A stretch of 64,000 bases of DNA from Thermoplasmata archaeon (GTDB lineage Archaea; Thermoplasmatota; Thermoplasmata; Lutacidiplasmatales; UBA184): positions 5,986-69,985 of the forward strand of contig JAGWLG010000012.1 of assembly GCA_028864975.1 (NCBI GenBank), in the 5' to 3' direction. The notes beneath the pieces were generated by a model. It did no database searches. It saw nothing but the letters and a program-made list of their open reading frames with translations, and was not told where the DNA came from. Every line of letters starts with the position of its first letter. The first letter of the stretch is position 1. Shown here piece by piece: positions 34,630-42,759 of this stretch. Both the position numbers and the translations under genes were made by a program.

Positions 34630-37600
34630 TCAGGGACCCCCAGGGGGAGGGGTGGCGAGCGGCGGCGCGGCCTCGGTCGCGGGGGCGTGGTCGACCACCG
34701 GGCCTTCGGGGGAAGCGGCTTTGGTACCTCCTCGTCGACGACCCGCCGTGGCACCCGCGGTTGCGCCCTTGGAGGACGGGGCCCCCGGCGAAGGGGAGGA
34801 CGCGGGGCTGGCGGCTGCGAGGCCGCCCGAGACGGACACGCGGGCCGCGGTGGCGGCCCGCAGCTCGGGCGGTCGCATCGCCGCGAGGGCGGAGGGTGAG
34901 GCGGCGATGGCCCTCAGTTCCTTCTCGTCGACGTCCTTGATGTCATCGAGCCGGATGGAGACGAGGCGCGAGCATCCGTCGCCATGCATGGTGACCCCGA
35001 GCAGGTGCTCGGCCCACTTCAGCGTCACTTTCCTCAGCGAGATCACGATGAACTGGGCCCTCGCACTGTTGCGCCGGACCATTCGTCCGATGTTCTCCGC
35101 GTTGACCCCGTCGAGGCTCATGTCGACCTCGTCGAGGACGTAGAGGGGCGACGGGTCGTAGTGCTGCAGCGAGAAGATGAACGCCAGCGAGGCGAGCGAC
35201 TTCTCCCCTCCGGAGAGCTGCTCCAGGCGCTGGACCTTCTTCCCCAGGGGCTTCGCACGGATCAAGAGCCCTCCCGCGAGCGGGTCCTCCGGGTTCTCGA
35301 GAACGACCTCGCCTTCGCCCCCGCCCGAGAGCTCGGTGTAGATCTCGGAGTACCCTTTCGCGACGACCTCCACGACCTCGTGGATCCGGGTCCGCTTCTT
35401 GTCGTTCAGGTCGTCGATGAGGTGGAGCAGGTCCTTCTTCTCCCCGTGGAGCCGGTCGACCTGCCCCTGGAAATCCTCGAGGCGCTGCTTCTCGGCGTCG
35501 TACTGTTCCAGGGCGGCTGCGTTGACCGGGCCGAGCGCGGTGAGCTTCTCCTCGACGTCCTTGAGCCGGCGCGTGAGCTCCGTGGGGGAGAGCTTCTCCA
35601 CCTTTGCGGCGGCCTCGTCCGCCTCCTCCATCGGGAGGTCCGCGGAGGCCGCTTCGAGGTTCGAGAGCTCGACCTGGGCGGTGGAGAGCTTCACGTCGAG
35701 GTCGTGGGCCTGGTCGTTCTTCGAGGTGATGGTCGACGAGTTCGACCCCTGCTTGCCCACCAGCTCGGTGAGGTCGGTCTGGAGGGCGTTCCGCTTCTCG
35801 GTGAGGGCCTTCGAGGCCTTGGACTGCTTCTCCCCGACAGCCCGCAGAGCTTCCAGCTTCTGCAGTCCCTCGACGTGCGCCTTCTTCGCGACCTTGAGCT
35901 CCCTGGTCAGGACCGGGAGACGGTCTTCCAGCCCGGAGACCTCGGCCTCCTTCTCGGCCAGGGTCGCCTTGGCGCTCTTGACCGTGGAGTCGAGCGCGCT
36001 GACCTGGGACTGGAGGTCGACCAGCTTCTGGTTGTAGGCTTCCCCCGACTCGGTCAGTTCCTTGAGGCGTGCCGCGGCGTTCTGGGGGAGCGCCTGGAGG
36101 TAGACCGCCTGGGCCTTCTCCCAGTCCGCCTTCAGGGTCTCGATCTCGCCCTGTAGCTCCGTGAGGAGCGTCTGGGCCTGTTCGACCTTCTTCGCGGTCT
36201 GGGCCCTTCTCTCGCGCGAGCCCTTGAGCTTCTCCTGAGCGGCGTCGAGCGCCTCCTTCGCTTTGGCGAGGTCCTTCTCCAAGGTGGAGAGCGAGGTCTC
36301 GTGGGACTCGGCCTCGGCCGTGTGCTTCCCGAGCTCCTCGGTCAGTTCGCGCAGGTGCTGGATGACCCCGTCGAGCTCCTTGCGGACCTGTTCCTCCTCT
36401 GCCGACTTCTTGCGGAGCTCCTCTCCGCGTCGGCGGAGGTCGACCTGGAGGTTCGTGCCCTTGCCCCGTTCGGCGGCCAGGTAGCCCCCCGTGATCGCCC
36501 CGGCGGACTCGATCAGGTCGCCGTCCATGGTGACGAGACGGACCCCGCCCATCTGGGCGCGCGCCTGGTTCAGGCCGTCGAAGACGAGCGTCTCCCCGAA
36601 GACGTACCAGAAGGCCGGGGCGAGCGCGTCCTCGTACTTGACGAGGTCGATCGCGAAGCCGCGGCAACCCGGGGTCTTCTGCACGAGCAGGCTCTTCCCA
36701 TGCGGGCGACCCGGGACGATCTTGTTGAGCGGGAGGAAGGTCGCGACCCCCTTCTTCTCGTTCCGGAGGATCTGGACGCACTTCGCGGCGACCTCGTCGC
36801 TTTCCACGACCAGGGCCTGGAACCGGGTCCCGGCGGCGACGGTCAATGCCGTTGCGAACTGGTTGTCGAAGGAGGCGAGCTCCTCCACCGTCCCTCGGAT
36901 CCCCTGGACCTTTCCCGTGTCGCGCAGCGAGAGCAGATGGTCCACCGCCGCCAGGCGAGAGGCTGCTCCGGTCCCGCGGTCGCGGACGAGCGCCTCGAGC
37001 GAAGCGTAAGCGCGGTGGAGCTCAACCAGTTCCTCCTGCAGAGAGGATGCGCGGGCGTGTAGGTCCTTCTCCTTCTTCTGGAAGGCCTCCAGCTCCTCGC
37101 TGAGCTCCTGGGAGGAGCGCTCCGTTCCCTTGCGGGCCCCCTGGACCCCCTTGAAACGGAACTGGAGGTCTCGAACCTCCACCTCCTTGAGCTTCGCCTC
37201 CTCCTCCGCGCCGGCCTCGTCGTGCTCGAAGGTCGTGAGCTCACCCTTCAGGGATTCGAGCTTCTGGACGGCCTCCTGCCAGTCCTCTTGCTTCGACTTC
37301 TGGCGGCGCTCGTTCTCCAGGACCGCGCGGCGGTACTGGGCGGCCTTGCCTTGGCTCGCATCGGTCGCCTTGTGGGCCTCGAGCAGGGCCTTGTGATGCA
37401 CGTCGATCTCCTTCTGGAGGTCCTCGAGCCGCCCGTTGAGCTCGGCGAGCTGTTTCTCGTTCGCTTGGAGCTCCTTGCGTCGCCCGGCGAGCTCCTTTTC
37501 GAGCTCCCCCTTCCGTTCGGTGAGCTCGTTCAGGCTCTCCTCGGCCTTCTCGGCCGCGGTCTGTCGGCGGCCGACCTCCACCGAGAGCTCGTCGGTCTCT

Positions 37601-38502
37601 TGCTTGAGCTTCGCGGCCTCCGCCCCTCCCTGATGGGCGACCTCGGCATCGATCCCGTCGATCTCGGCCTGGAGACGGTCGTGCTCCTGGGTGAGTTCGT
37701 TGCCTGAGGCCGTGAGCGCGTCGACCTCTCCCTTCAGGTCGGAGAGCCGCTTCTCGAGAGAGGCCACCTCGCCCCGGGCGCGAGAGATGGTGGCTCGGGC
37801 GAGCTGAGAGGAGTAGCGCCGCTTCTGGGTGTCGAGGTCCTTGAACTTGAGCGCCCCTTCACGCTGCCCCTGGAGCTCGTCCAGGTGCCGCTGCACCTCC
37901 GTGAGGAGCGTTTGGAGCTGGCCCAGGTTCTGCTCGAGCCCTTCCCGCTTGTCGGCCGCGTGGTCGAGCTCTTCGTCGTACTGGGCGATGCCCGCGAGCT
38001 TCTCGACCTCGCCCCGGCGCTCGAGGGGGGACATCGCGACGATGCGGTTCACATCCCCTTGCTGGACGATGTTCGAACCGTCCCCGGAGAGCCGTGCGTG
38101 GGAGAGGAGCGCTTCGATCTCGGTCTGGGTGCTCCGCCGGTCGTTGACGTAGAAGTACGAGCTGTACGGGGGGTCGCCCGGTGTGAGCTTGATGTAACGG
38201 GTGATCTCGACCGAGTCGGACTCGACGGGCAGCGCACGGTCCCGGTTGTCGAAGACGAGGGAGACCTCGCATTCCGTCGCCGCCTTCTTGCTGGCTCCGC
38301 CGTTGAAGAGGAGGTCCGAGAGGCGGTCCGCTCGGAGCACCTTCGAGCTTCGCGGACCCAGGACAAAGAGGATGGCGTCGGCGACGTTAGACTTGCCCAT
38401 CCCGTTGGGGCCGGCGACCCCCGTGAACCCGTTGGTGAAGGGGATCTCGACCGTTCCGGCGAAGGACTTGAAGTTCTTCATGCGGAGATGGGTGAGATGC
38501 AT
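34630..38502 (-). CDS. smc: Chromosome segregation ATPase SMC with an Ala/Pro/Ser-rich C-terminal extension
   Basis: 1290 aa. Walker A is in MHLTHLRMKNFKSFAG..GVAGPNGMGKSNVADAILFVLG. It has long coiled coils and a hinge (GIRGTVEELASFDNQFATALTVAAG). The signature motif is LSGGEKSLASLAF and Walker B is LYVLDEVDMSLD. About 100 aa of low-complexity tail follow the ATPase C-terminal lobe. Confidence 0.95.
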   Translation of the reverse strand: MHLTHLRMKNFKSFAGTVEIPFTNGFTGVAGPNGMGKSNVADAILFVLGPRSSKVLRADRLSDLLFNGGASKKAATECEVSLVFDNRDRALPVESDSVEITRYIKLTPGDPPYSSYFYVNDRRSTQTEIEALLSHARLSGDGSNIVQQGDVNRIVAMSPLERRGEVEKLAGIAQYDEELDHAADKREGLEQNLGQLQTLLTEVQRHLDELQGQREGALKFKDLDTQKRRYSSQLARATISRARGEVASLEKRLSDLKGEVDALTASGNELTQEHDRLQAEIDGIDAEVAHQGGAEAAKLKQETDELSVEVGRRQTAAEKAEESLNELTERKGELEKELAGRRKELQANEKQLAELNGRLEDLQKEIDVHHKALLEAHKATDASQGKAAQYRRAVLENERRQKSKQEDWQEAVQKLESLKGELTTFEHDEAGAEEEAKLKEVEVRDLQFRFKGVQGARKGTERSSQELSEELEAFQKKEKDLHARASSLQEELVELHRAYASLEALVRDRGTGAASRLAAVDHLLSLRDTGKVQGIRGTVEELASFDNQFATALTVAAGTRFQALVVESDEVAAKCVQILRNEKKGVATFLPLNKIVPGRPHGKSLLVQKTPGCRGFAIDLVKYEDALAPAFWYVFGETLVFDGLNQARAQMGGVRLVTMDGDLIESAGAITGGYLAAERGKGTNLQVDLRRRGEELRKKSAEEEQVRKELDGVIQHLRELTEELGKHTAEAESHETSLSTLEKDLAKAKEALDAAQEKLKGSRERRAQTAKKVEQAQTLLTELQGEIETLKADWEKAQAVYLQALPQNAAARLKELTESGEAYNQKLVDLQSQVSALDSTVKSAKATLAEKEAEVSGLEDRLPVLTRELKVAKKAHVEGLQKLEALRAVGEKQSKASKALTEKRNALQTDLTELVGKQGSNSSTITSKNDQAHDLDVKLSTAQVELSNLEAASADLPMEEADEAAAKVEKLSPTELTRRLKDVEEKLTALGPVNAAALEQYDAEKQRLEDFQGQVDRLHGEKKDLLHLIDDLNDKKRTRIHEVVEVVAKGYSEIYTELSGGGEGEVVLENPEDPLAGGLLIRAKPLGKKVQRLEQLSGGEKSLASLAFIFSLQHYDPSPLYVLDEVDMSLDGVNAENIGRMVRRNSARAQFIVISLRKVTLKWAEHLLGVTMHGDGCSRLVSIRLDDIKDVDEKELRAIAASPSALAAMRPPELRAATAARVSVSGGLAAASPASSPSPGAPSSKGATAGATAGRRRGGTKAASPEGPVVDHAPATEAAPPLATPPPGGP

Positions 38503-38701
38503 CGGGTTCCCTCGCTACCTGCCGCCTCTGTCGGGCCTCTGTCGCCGGAACGGACCCCGTTTGTCCGACGCGTGTCAGCCCAAGACACCACACCCCGGTC
38601 CATGTATTTAAGTGCACCTGCCGCAGCGGGCTCTCCGCGATCAAAACTAGTGCCACTCCACGGGAGGGTTGATATTCGGGGGCAGGGCGACTCCTCGGAC
38701 G

Positions 38702-38938
38702 CTATCTCGACCACCCCCCGGCGACGGCGGCGAGTCGCTCAGTCGCCTTCAGCGCCTGCTCCGACCAGCGGAGGAGGTCGGCTTGGCAGTTGTTCCGGGG
38801 AGCGTCGACCTGCGTCCACGACGGGTCCACGCGGCGGAGCAGATCGCTGAGCCGACCGAAGTGGTCCGAGACCCGCGCCAGGCGACGGGCAGCCGGGCGC
38901 CTCCCCTGTCGACCATCTGCTCCACTCGAATGTCGCAC
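38702..38938 (-). CDS. Candidate small ORF (78 aa, GTG start), function unknown
   Basis: There is no ATG. The call rests only on codon bias. In 38702-38900 the minus frame (..RLARVSDHFGRLSDLLRRVDPSWTQVDAPRNNCQADLLRWSEQALKATERLAAVAGGWSR*) has a hand-counted GC3 of about 88%, against about 72% for the co-phased plus frame. The bias drops upstream of about 38900. Confidence 0.3.
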   Translation of the reverse strand: MRHSSGADGRQGRRPAARRLARVSDHFGRLSDLLRRVDPSWTQVDAPRNNCQADLLRWSEQALKATERLAAVAGGWSR

Positions 38939-39021
38939 ACCCGCCTTTGGGGGGAGGGAGCAGCGTTTGATTCCGCCTGTGGACGGGTCGCGTCGGGCCA
39001 GCGGCGCCTCAGCTCGGCCAG

Positions 39022-39029
39022 TTCTAATA
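39022..39029 (+). promoter_or_regulatory. TATA-like box upstream of the 39053 gene
   Basis: ttctaata is centred about 27 bp upstream of the ATG at 39053. Confidence 0.4.
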
Positions 39030-39052
39030 CGGTGACCGCGCTCGTGACGGCG

Positions 39053-39424
39053 ATGGTCGCCGGTCTGTGCCCCGTCTGTCGCACCATGGAGGTCGCCGAG
39101 CGGGAGCGCCGAGCCGCCAGGGACGAGCTCCACGTCCGTGAGGCGGCCGAGAAGGCTTGGCTCGCCGTCGTCCAGGCCACGGACCAGTACCTCCTGGGCC
39201 GCCACGGGGTGCGGGCACCCCAGGACGAGACCGCCCACCTGTTCCGCAAGCGCACTCTCCGCGACCAAGGCGAGGAAGAGCTCAAGGAGGAGTACAACGC
39301 GTTGGAGGGCCTCCTTCACGGCGACGCGTTCTACTTCGGGGATGTGGGCGAGGTCCCCTCCCTGATGGGGCGGGCCCGCCGGTACGTCGAGCGGACGACC
39401 GGCCACAAGGTCGGCGCCCACTGA
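39053..39424 (+). CDS. Small helical protein, tentatively PaREP1/HEPN-like
   Basis: This is the 123-aa tail of ORF 38669..39424, from the ATG at 39053 (MVAGLCPVCRTMEVAE..). Hand-counted GC3 is about 91% from this ATG onward. The pattern AEKAWLAVVQATDQYLL..H....H..R.L......L...Y..LEGLLHGDAFYFG resembles archaeal PaREP1-type helical proteins. The family call is weak. Confidence 0.6.
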   Translation: MVAGLCPVCRTMEVAERERRAARDELHVREAAEKAWLAVVQATDQYLLGRHGVRAPQDETAHLFRKRTLRDQGEEELKEEYNALEGLLHGDAFYFGDVGEVPSLMGRARRYVERTTGHKVGAH

Positions 39425-39940
39425 CGAACGGCCGGGCCGACGGGGCGAGCCGGTGATCCCCCGGCCCTCCTCGCCCAAGCTGCCGGGTCGCGGCCGCGGA
39501 CGCCACGGAGCGGGTCGCCAAGCATGACTACGCCATCAGCCCGCCTTGGGTGAGGTGGGCCTGAGGGGCAGACTCCGCGGTCTTGGGACGCTGAGGCTTG
39601 GGGGCGTGTCTGACAAGTAGGGTTATTCGGGCGACTGGGGGCCCTCCCGGGCACTGGGGGAGAGCCTGCCGCAGCGGCGGTCGATACGCCTAACTCCCGG
39701 ACTCGGGCAGGAGAGGAGCCTTGCGAGGTCGTCGGGTCCCCTCTCCGGGACCCCGCTGCGCGAGCCTGCGCCGCGCTTGGACACGAGGGAAGGCCCTGCC
39801 GAGCGCAGGTCAGAGCATCGGATCGCGCACCCCGGCCACGAGCAGGTCGAGGTCATCGCTTCGGGCAAAACCCCTATCTATCCCCCCTTGGTACGCTTTC
39901 GCAAGCCTCGGCCCCACCCTGGACCGGAGACCCCCTCACG

Positions 39941-42001
39941 ATGGACTCGAACCGCGCGTGGACACTCGTCGGCGCGGTGCTGCTCGTGGCCTTGCTGTCC
40001 GCCCCTAAGGTCCCGGGCCTTCTGCCTGAGAATGTCGGACACGTGGGGATGCCCCGTGCAGGATCCTCCCTTGAGCCACGCTCCGGTGGGGTCCAGAGGC
40101 CCCCCTCCTACCCAGTTGGTCCAGCCCTCGCGGCATCGGTCGCCTCGCCCCAAGCCCCCGAGGTTCCCTCGACGTTGGTCACCGTTCGGTTCCACACCAC
40201 CCCGCAGCACTGCGGTACCATCACCTACAACGGAAGCGGCTACGTCAACGGCGGGGCGATCACGACCTCGACCGGTCCCTGGCCCGTCTCCACGACGCCC
40301 TGCGCAGGATGGAAACAGAAGTACCTGAACGGGACGCAGGGGGTCTCGATCACGGGAGGGACGGCGACGGTCACCGGGAACGGGAACATCAGTGCGACGT
40401 TCATGGGTCCCCTCTACAACGTCCAGGTGGTGACCAACCCCGCGAACTGCGGGACGGTGACGCTGAACGGTACGCTTACGGGAGGCAACGGGGCAACGCT
40501 CCATACTCAGCCGGGGAACAACTTCCCAGTCACCGCGACCCCCTGCACCGGCTACTACACCTCCGCGCTCACGGCGTCGGGAGGCGTGAGCATTGCGGCC
40601 AAGACCGCGACCGTGACGGGCAACGGAACGATCTCCGCGGTCTTCCAGCCCCGAAGCTTCAATCTCACCGTCGACTCCACCCCCCAGTACTGCGGAGGGG
40701 CCACGGTGGGAGGGGTGAGCATCCCCTCCGGCGGGACCAAGCTCGTCATCGCCGGGACCTACACCTACGCCGCCTGGGGCTGCGTGGGTTACAACCTGAG
40801 CGGGGTCTCGACCTCGCCGACGAGCACCGTCACGGCGCAGCCGAACCCGTTCCCGTCGACGGGGAACCTCACGGTCCTCTCGGACGGTTTCTTCAACCTC
40901 ACGTTCATCGCGCAGATCTTCACCTTGACCTTCCTCGACCTCCCGGGGAACGCGGGGACGATCCAATTCGCGGGGACGACCTACCGCAACGGCACCACGA
41001 TCCAGGTCCCGTATGGGACCGTCGGCACGATCAACGCGCTCCCGGCCCCCCACTGGCGGCCCGCGGGGTCGGACCCGTTCAACCTCTCCCGCGGGATCCG
41101 CTGGCAGATCCAGGACCAGAGCATCTTCGTGAACGCGAGCGGGGTGGTGAAGGCGTTCTTCGTCCCGATCTATTACACGGTCACGTTCACGACCCCCCAG
41201 GCTCCCTGCGCCATCACGACGGTGCAGTTCAACACCAGCACGTTCCCTCTCATCGACTCCCACGGCGCCCGTGTGAAGTTCGGGGTCTACTTGGTCACCA
41301 ACCCCAGCTGTCAAGGGTTCACCTTTGACAGCTACACCGGCGACGCGAACGTCGGGGTCTCCCAGTACTCCGGGATCGTCTGGGTCAACGGGAGCGGAAC
41401 GGTCACCGTGAACTTCTCTCCGAACTGGCTCGTGGTCAGTGGGATCGTCGAGCAGTGGGGAGCGAACTCGCCCGTCAAGGGAGCAAACGTCGTGGTCTTC
41501 TATGGCGGGAACCAGGTGAACTTCAGCGGCCCTACCGGCCCAAGCGGCGCGTGGTCCGTGCTGCTCGTTTACGGACAATACACCGTCAACGCGACGGCGG
41601 CCTCGTTCACCTCGGCTCCTCTCGAGACCTTCTTCGTGAACGGCACTCCCACGGGCATCCAGGGGCTGGTCGTCTGGATCAACGCCACGTTAGGTCTGAC
41701 CTCGACCCCCCAGGGGATCGGGGTCCTGGCGACCTACCCGCTGGTCTTGGTCCCCGTCGGCCTCTTCGTCGTGGCCGTCGGAGTGATCGTGGCGTGGCAG
41801 ATGCAGCGGAAGTGGAGCCGTAGGGCTCCAGCTTCCGGCGGGCCCCCAACGCCCCCGGCATCACCTCCGGGGGTACCTCCCCGCCCGATGTACGGCGGAG
41901 CCCCGGTCCAACAGCTTCCTCCCGGTCCCTACGGTCGCCCTCCACCCGTCTACGGGCGCCCGGCGGCCCCACCCTACGGTCTTCCCCCGGGCCGCAGGTA
42001 G
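39941..42001 (+). CDS. Sequon-rich secreted surface protein with InlB-B-repeat-like domains, a CarboxypepD_reg-like domain, a TM anchor and a Pro-rich tail
   Basis: 686 aa with signal WTLVGAVLLVALLSAP. Repeated ~75-aa units follow V-x-V-x-T-x-P-x-x-C-G-T-(I/V)-T-(L/Y)-N-G ... P-C-x-G-(W/Y) ... T-A-T-V-T-G-N-G-(N/T)-I-S-A-x-F. A beta-sandwich-like segment is VSGIVEQWGANSPVKGANVVVFYGG..GAWSVLLVYGQYTVNAT. The TM helix is VLATYPLVLVPVGLFVVAVGVIVAW, and the tail ends LPPGRR. Confidence 0.8.
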   Translation: MDSNRAWTLVGAVLLVALLSAPKVPGLLPENVGHVGMPRAGSSLEPRSGGVQRPPSYPVGPALAASVASPQAPEVPSTLVTVRFHTTPQHCGTITYNGSGYVNGGAITTSTGPWPVSTTPCAGWKQKYLNGTQGVSITGGTATVTGNGNISATFMGPLYNVQVVTNPANCGTVTLNGTLTGGNGATLHTQPGNNFPVTATPCTGYYTSALTASGGVSIAAKTATVTGNGTISAVFQPRSFNLTVDSTPQYCGGATVGGVSIPSGGTKLVIAGTYTYAAWGCVGYNLSGVSTSPTSTVTAQPNPFPSTGNLTVLSDGFFNLTFIAQIFTLTFLDLPGNAGTIQFAGTTYRNGTTIQVPYGTVGTINALPAPHWRPAGSDPFNLSRGIRWQIQDQSIFVNASGVVKAFFVPIYYTVTFTTPQAPCAITTVQFNTSTFPLIDSHGARVKFGVYLVTNPSCQGFTFDSYTGDANVGVSQYSGIVWVNGSGTVTVNFSPNWLVVSGIVEQWGANSPVKGANVVVFYGGNQVNFSGPTGPSGAWSVLLVYGQYTVNATAASFTSAPLETFFVNGTPTGIQGLVVWINATLGLTSTPQGIGVLATYPLVLVPVGLFVVAVGVIVAWQMQRKWSRRAPASGGPPTPPASPPGVPPRPMYGGAPVQQLPPGPYGRPPPVYGRPAAPPYGLPPGRR

Positions 42002-42021
42002 GTGGCGTTCGCGGCCGCGAC

Positions 42022-42663
42022 CTATAGCGGGCGCCGCCAAGCGTCCCCTTGGAGATACCGGCGGTCCTCGTTCCGACCCGCTAAGATCCCTTCCCCGCGA
42101 CTTCGCAGCCCCTGACCGAATCTCAGGAGGTCCTCCGAGGCTCCGGAGTTGAGCTCGCAGAGGTCATCGAGCAGGCCGGCCACCGCGCGAGGGTCGTTAC
42201 GGACCAGCGCGTCGGAAGAGAGCCGCAGGTTCGTGGACCTCTCGCCCATCTCGGAGAGGCGGGTGCGGATCCTTCGGGGCTCTTCGCCGCCCGCGGCGAA
42301 AAGCGGATGGCGGGAGAGGGACTGGAGCCGGGCCCCGAGCTCCCCCTGCCGCTCCAAGAGCGCCCGTAGGGAGGCCCGGACCGAGGTCAGCTCCTCCGAG
42401 GGGGAGCGCGCTTCGCGCGGTTGGGGGGTCGGCGCCCAGGAACGTTTCGGGCGCTGCGGGCGCCCCCGGGAGTGTTCTGGGGCACCTCCCTCTGGCTTCG
42501 GGGGCTTCTCCTGCGCGACCTGAGCGACGCGGAGACGCTCGTAGAGGTTCCGGTAGGATTGTGCGAGGAGCGAGACCTCCTCGGACAAGGCCGCGACCCG
42601 CTGTCCTAGGTCGCGGAGGTCCTCTCCGCTCTGGCGAAGGTCCTCCCGACCCACCGCGGGCAC
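42022..42663 (-). CDS. Hypothetical coiled-coil-like protein
   Basis: 213-aa ORF with a GTG start. Hand-counted GC3 is about 85% in this frame. The helical, charged sequence (LSEEVSLLAQSYRNLYERLRVAQVAQEK .. LRALLERQGELGARLQSL) matches no family I recognise. Confidence 0.6.
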   Translation of the reverse strand: MPAVGREDLRQSGEDLRDLGQRVAALSEEVSLLAQSYRNLYERLRVAQVAQEKPPKPEGGAPEHSRGRPQRPKRSWAPTPQPREARSPSEELTSVRASLRALLERQGELGARLQSLSRHPLFAAGGEEPRRIRTRLSEMGERSTNLRLSSDALVRNDPRAVAGLLDDLCELNSGASEDLLRFGQGLRSRGEGILAGRNEDRRYLQGDAWRRPL

Positions 42664-42759
42664 TCGGCGTCCCCCCTGGTGACGAATACGTGGGATAGTT
42701 TTTAGGACATTTCGGTCCGGGCAACGCCCCCTGCCGGGCGACCTCGGGAGGGCTTCGGG

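Noticed and set aside
38669-39052. The N-terminal 128-aa extension of plus-strand ORF 38669..39424.
   Set aside because: Its third-position G/C (~72% by hand count) is well below the ~91% seen from the ATG at 39053 onward. A TATA-like box sits inside it at 39022-39029, ~27 bp before that ATG. The shorter gene is preferred, although the extension cannot be fully excluded.
39806-39813. caggtcag, reminiscent of the SRP RNA helix-8 motif, within the 39425-39940 gap.
   Set aside because: The rest of the conserved helix-8 context (the GGAA tetraloop and the AGCA symmetric loop partner) is absent on either strand. I cannot support an SRP RNA call by eye.
39878-41578. The 566-aa minus-strand ORF. 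Similar long antisense ORFs are 55699..56787, 56573..58048, 61266..63008, 34943..36781, 15388..16101 and 11943..12974.
   Set aside because: Each is the mirror frame of a motif-supported gene on the other strand. All have the Arg/Gly/Pro/Asp-heavy composition typical of antisense frames in high-GC genomes.
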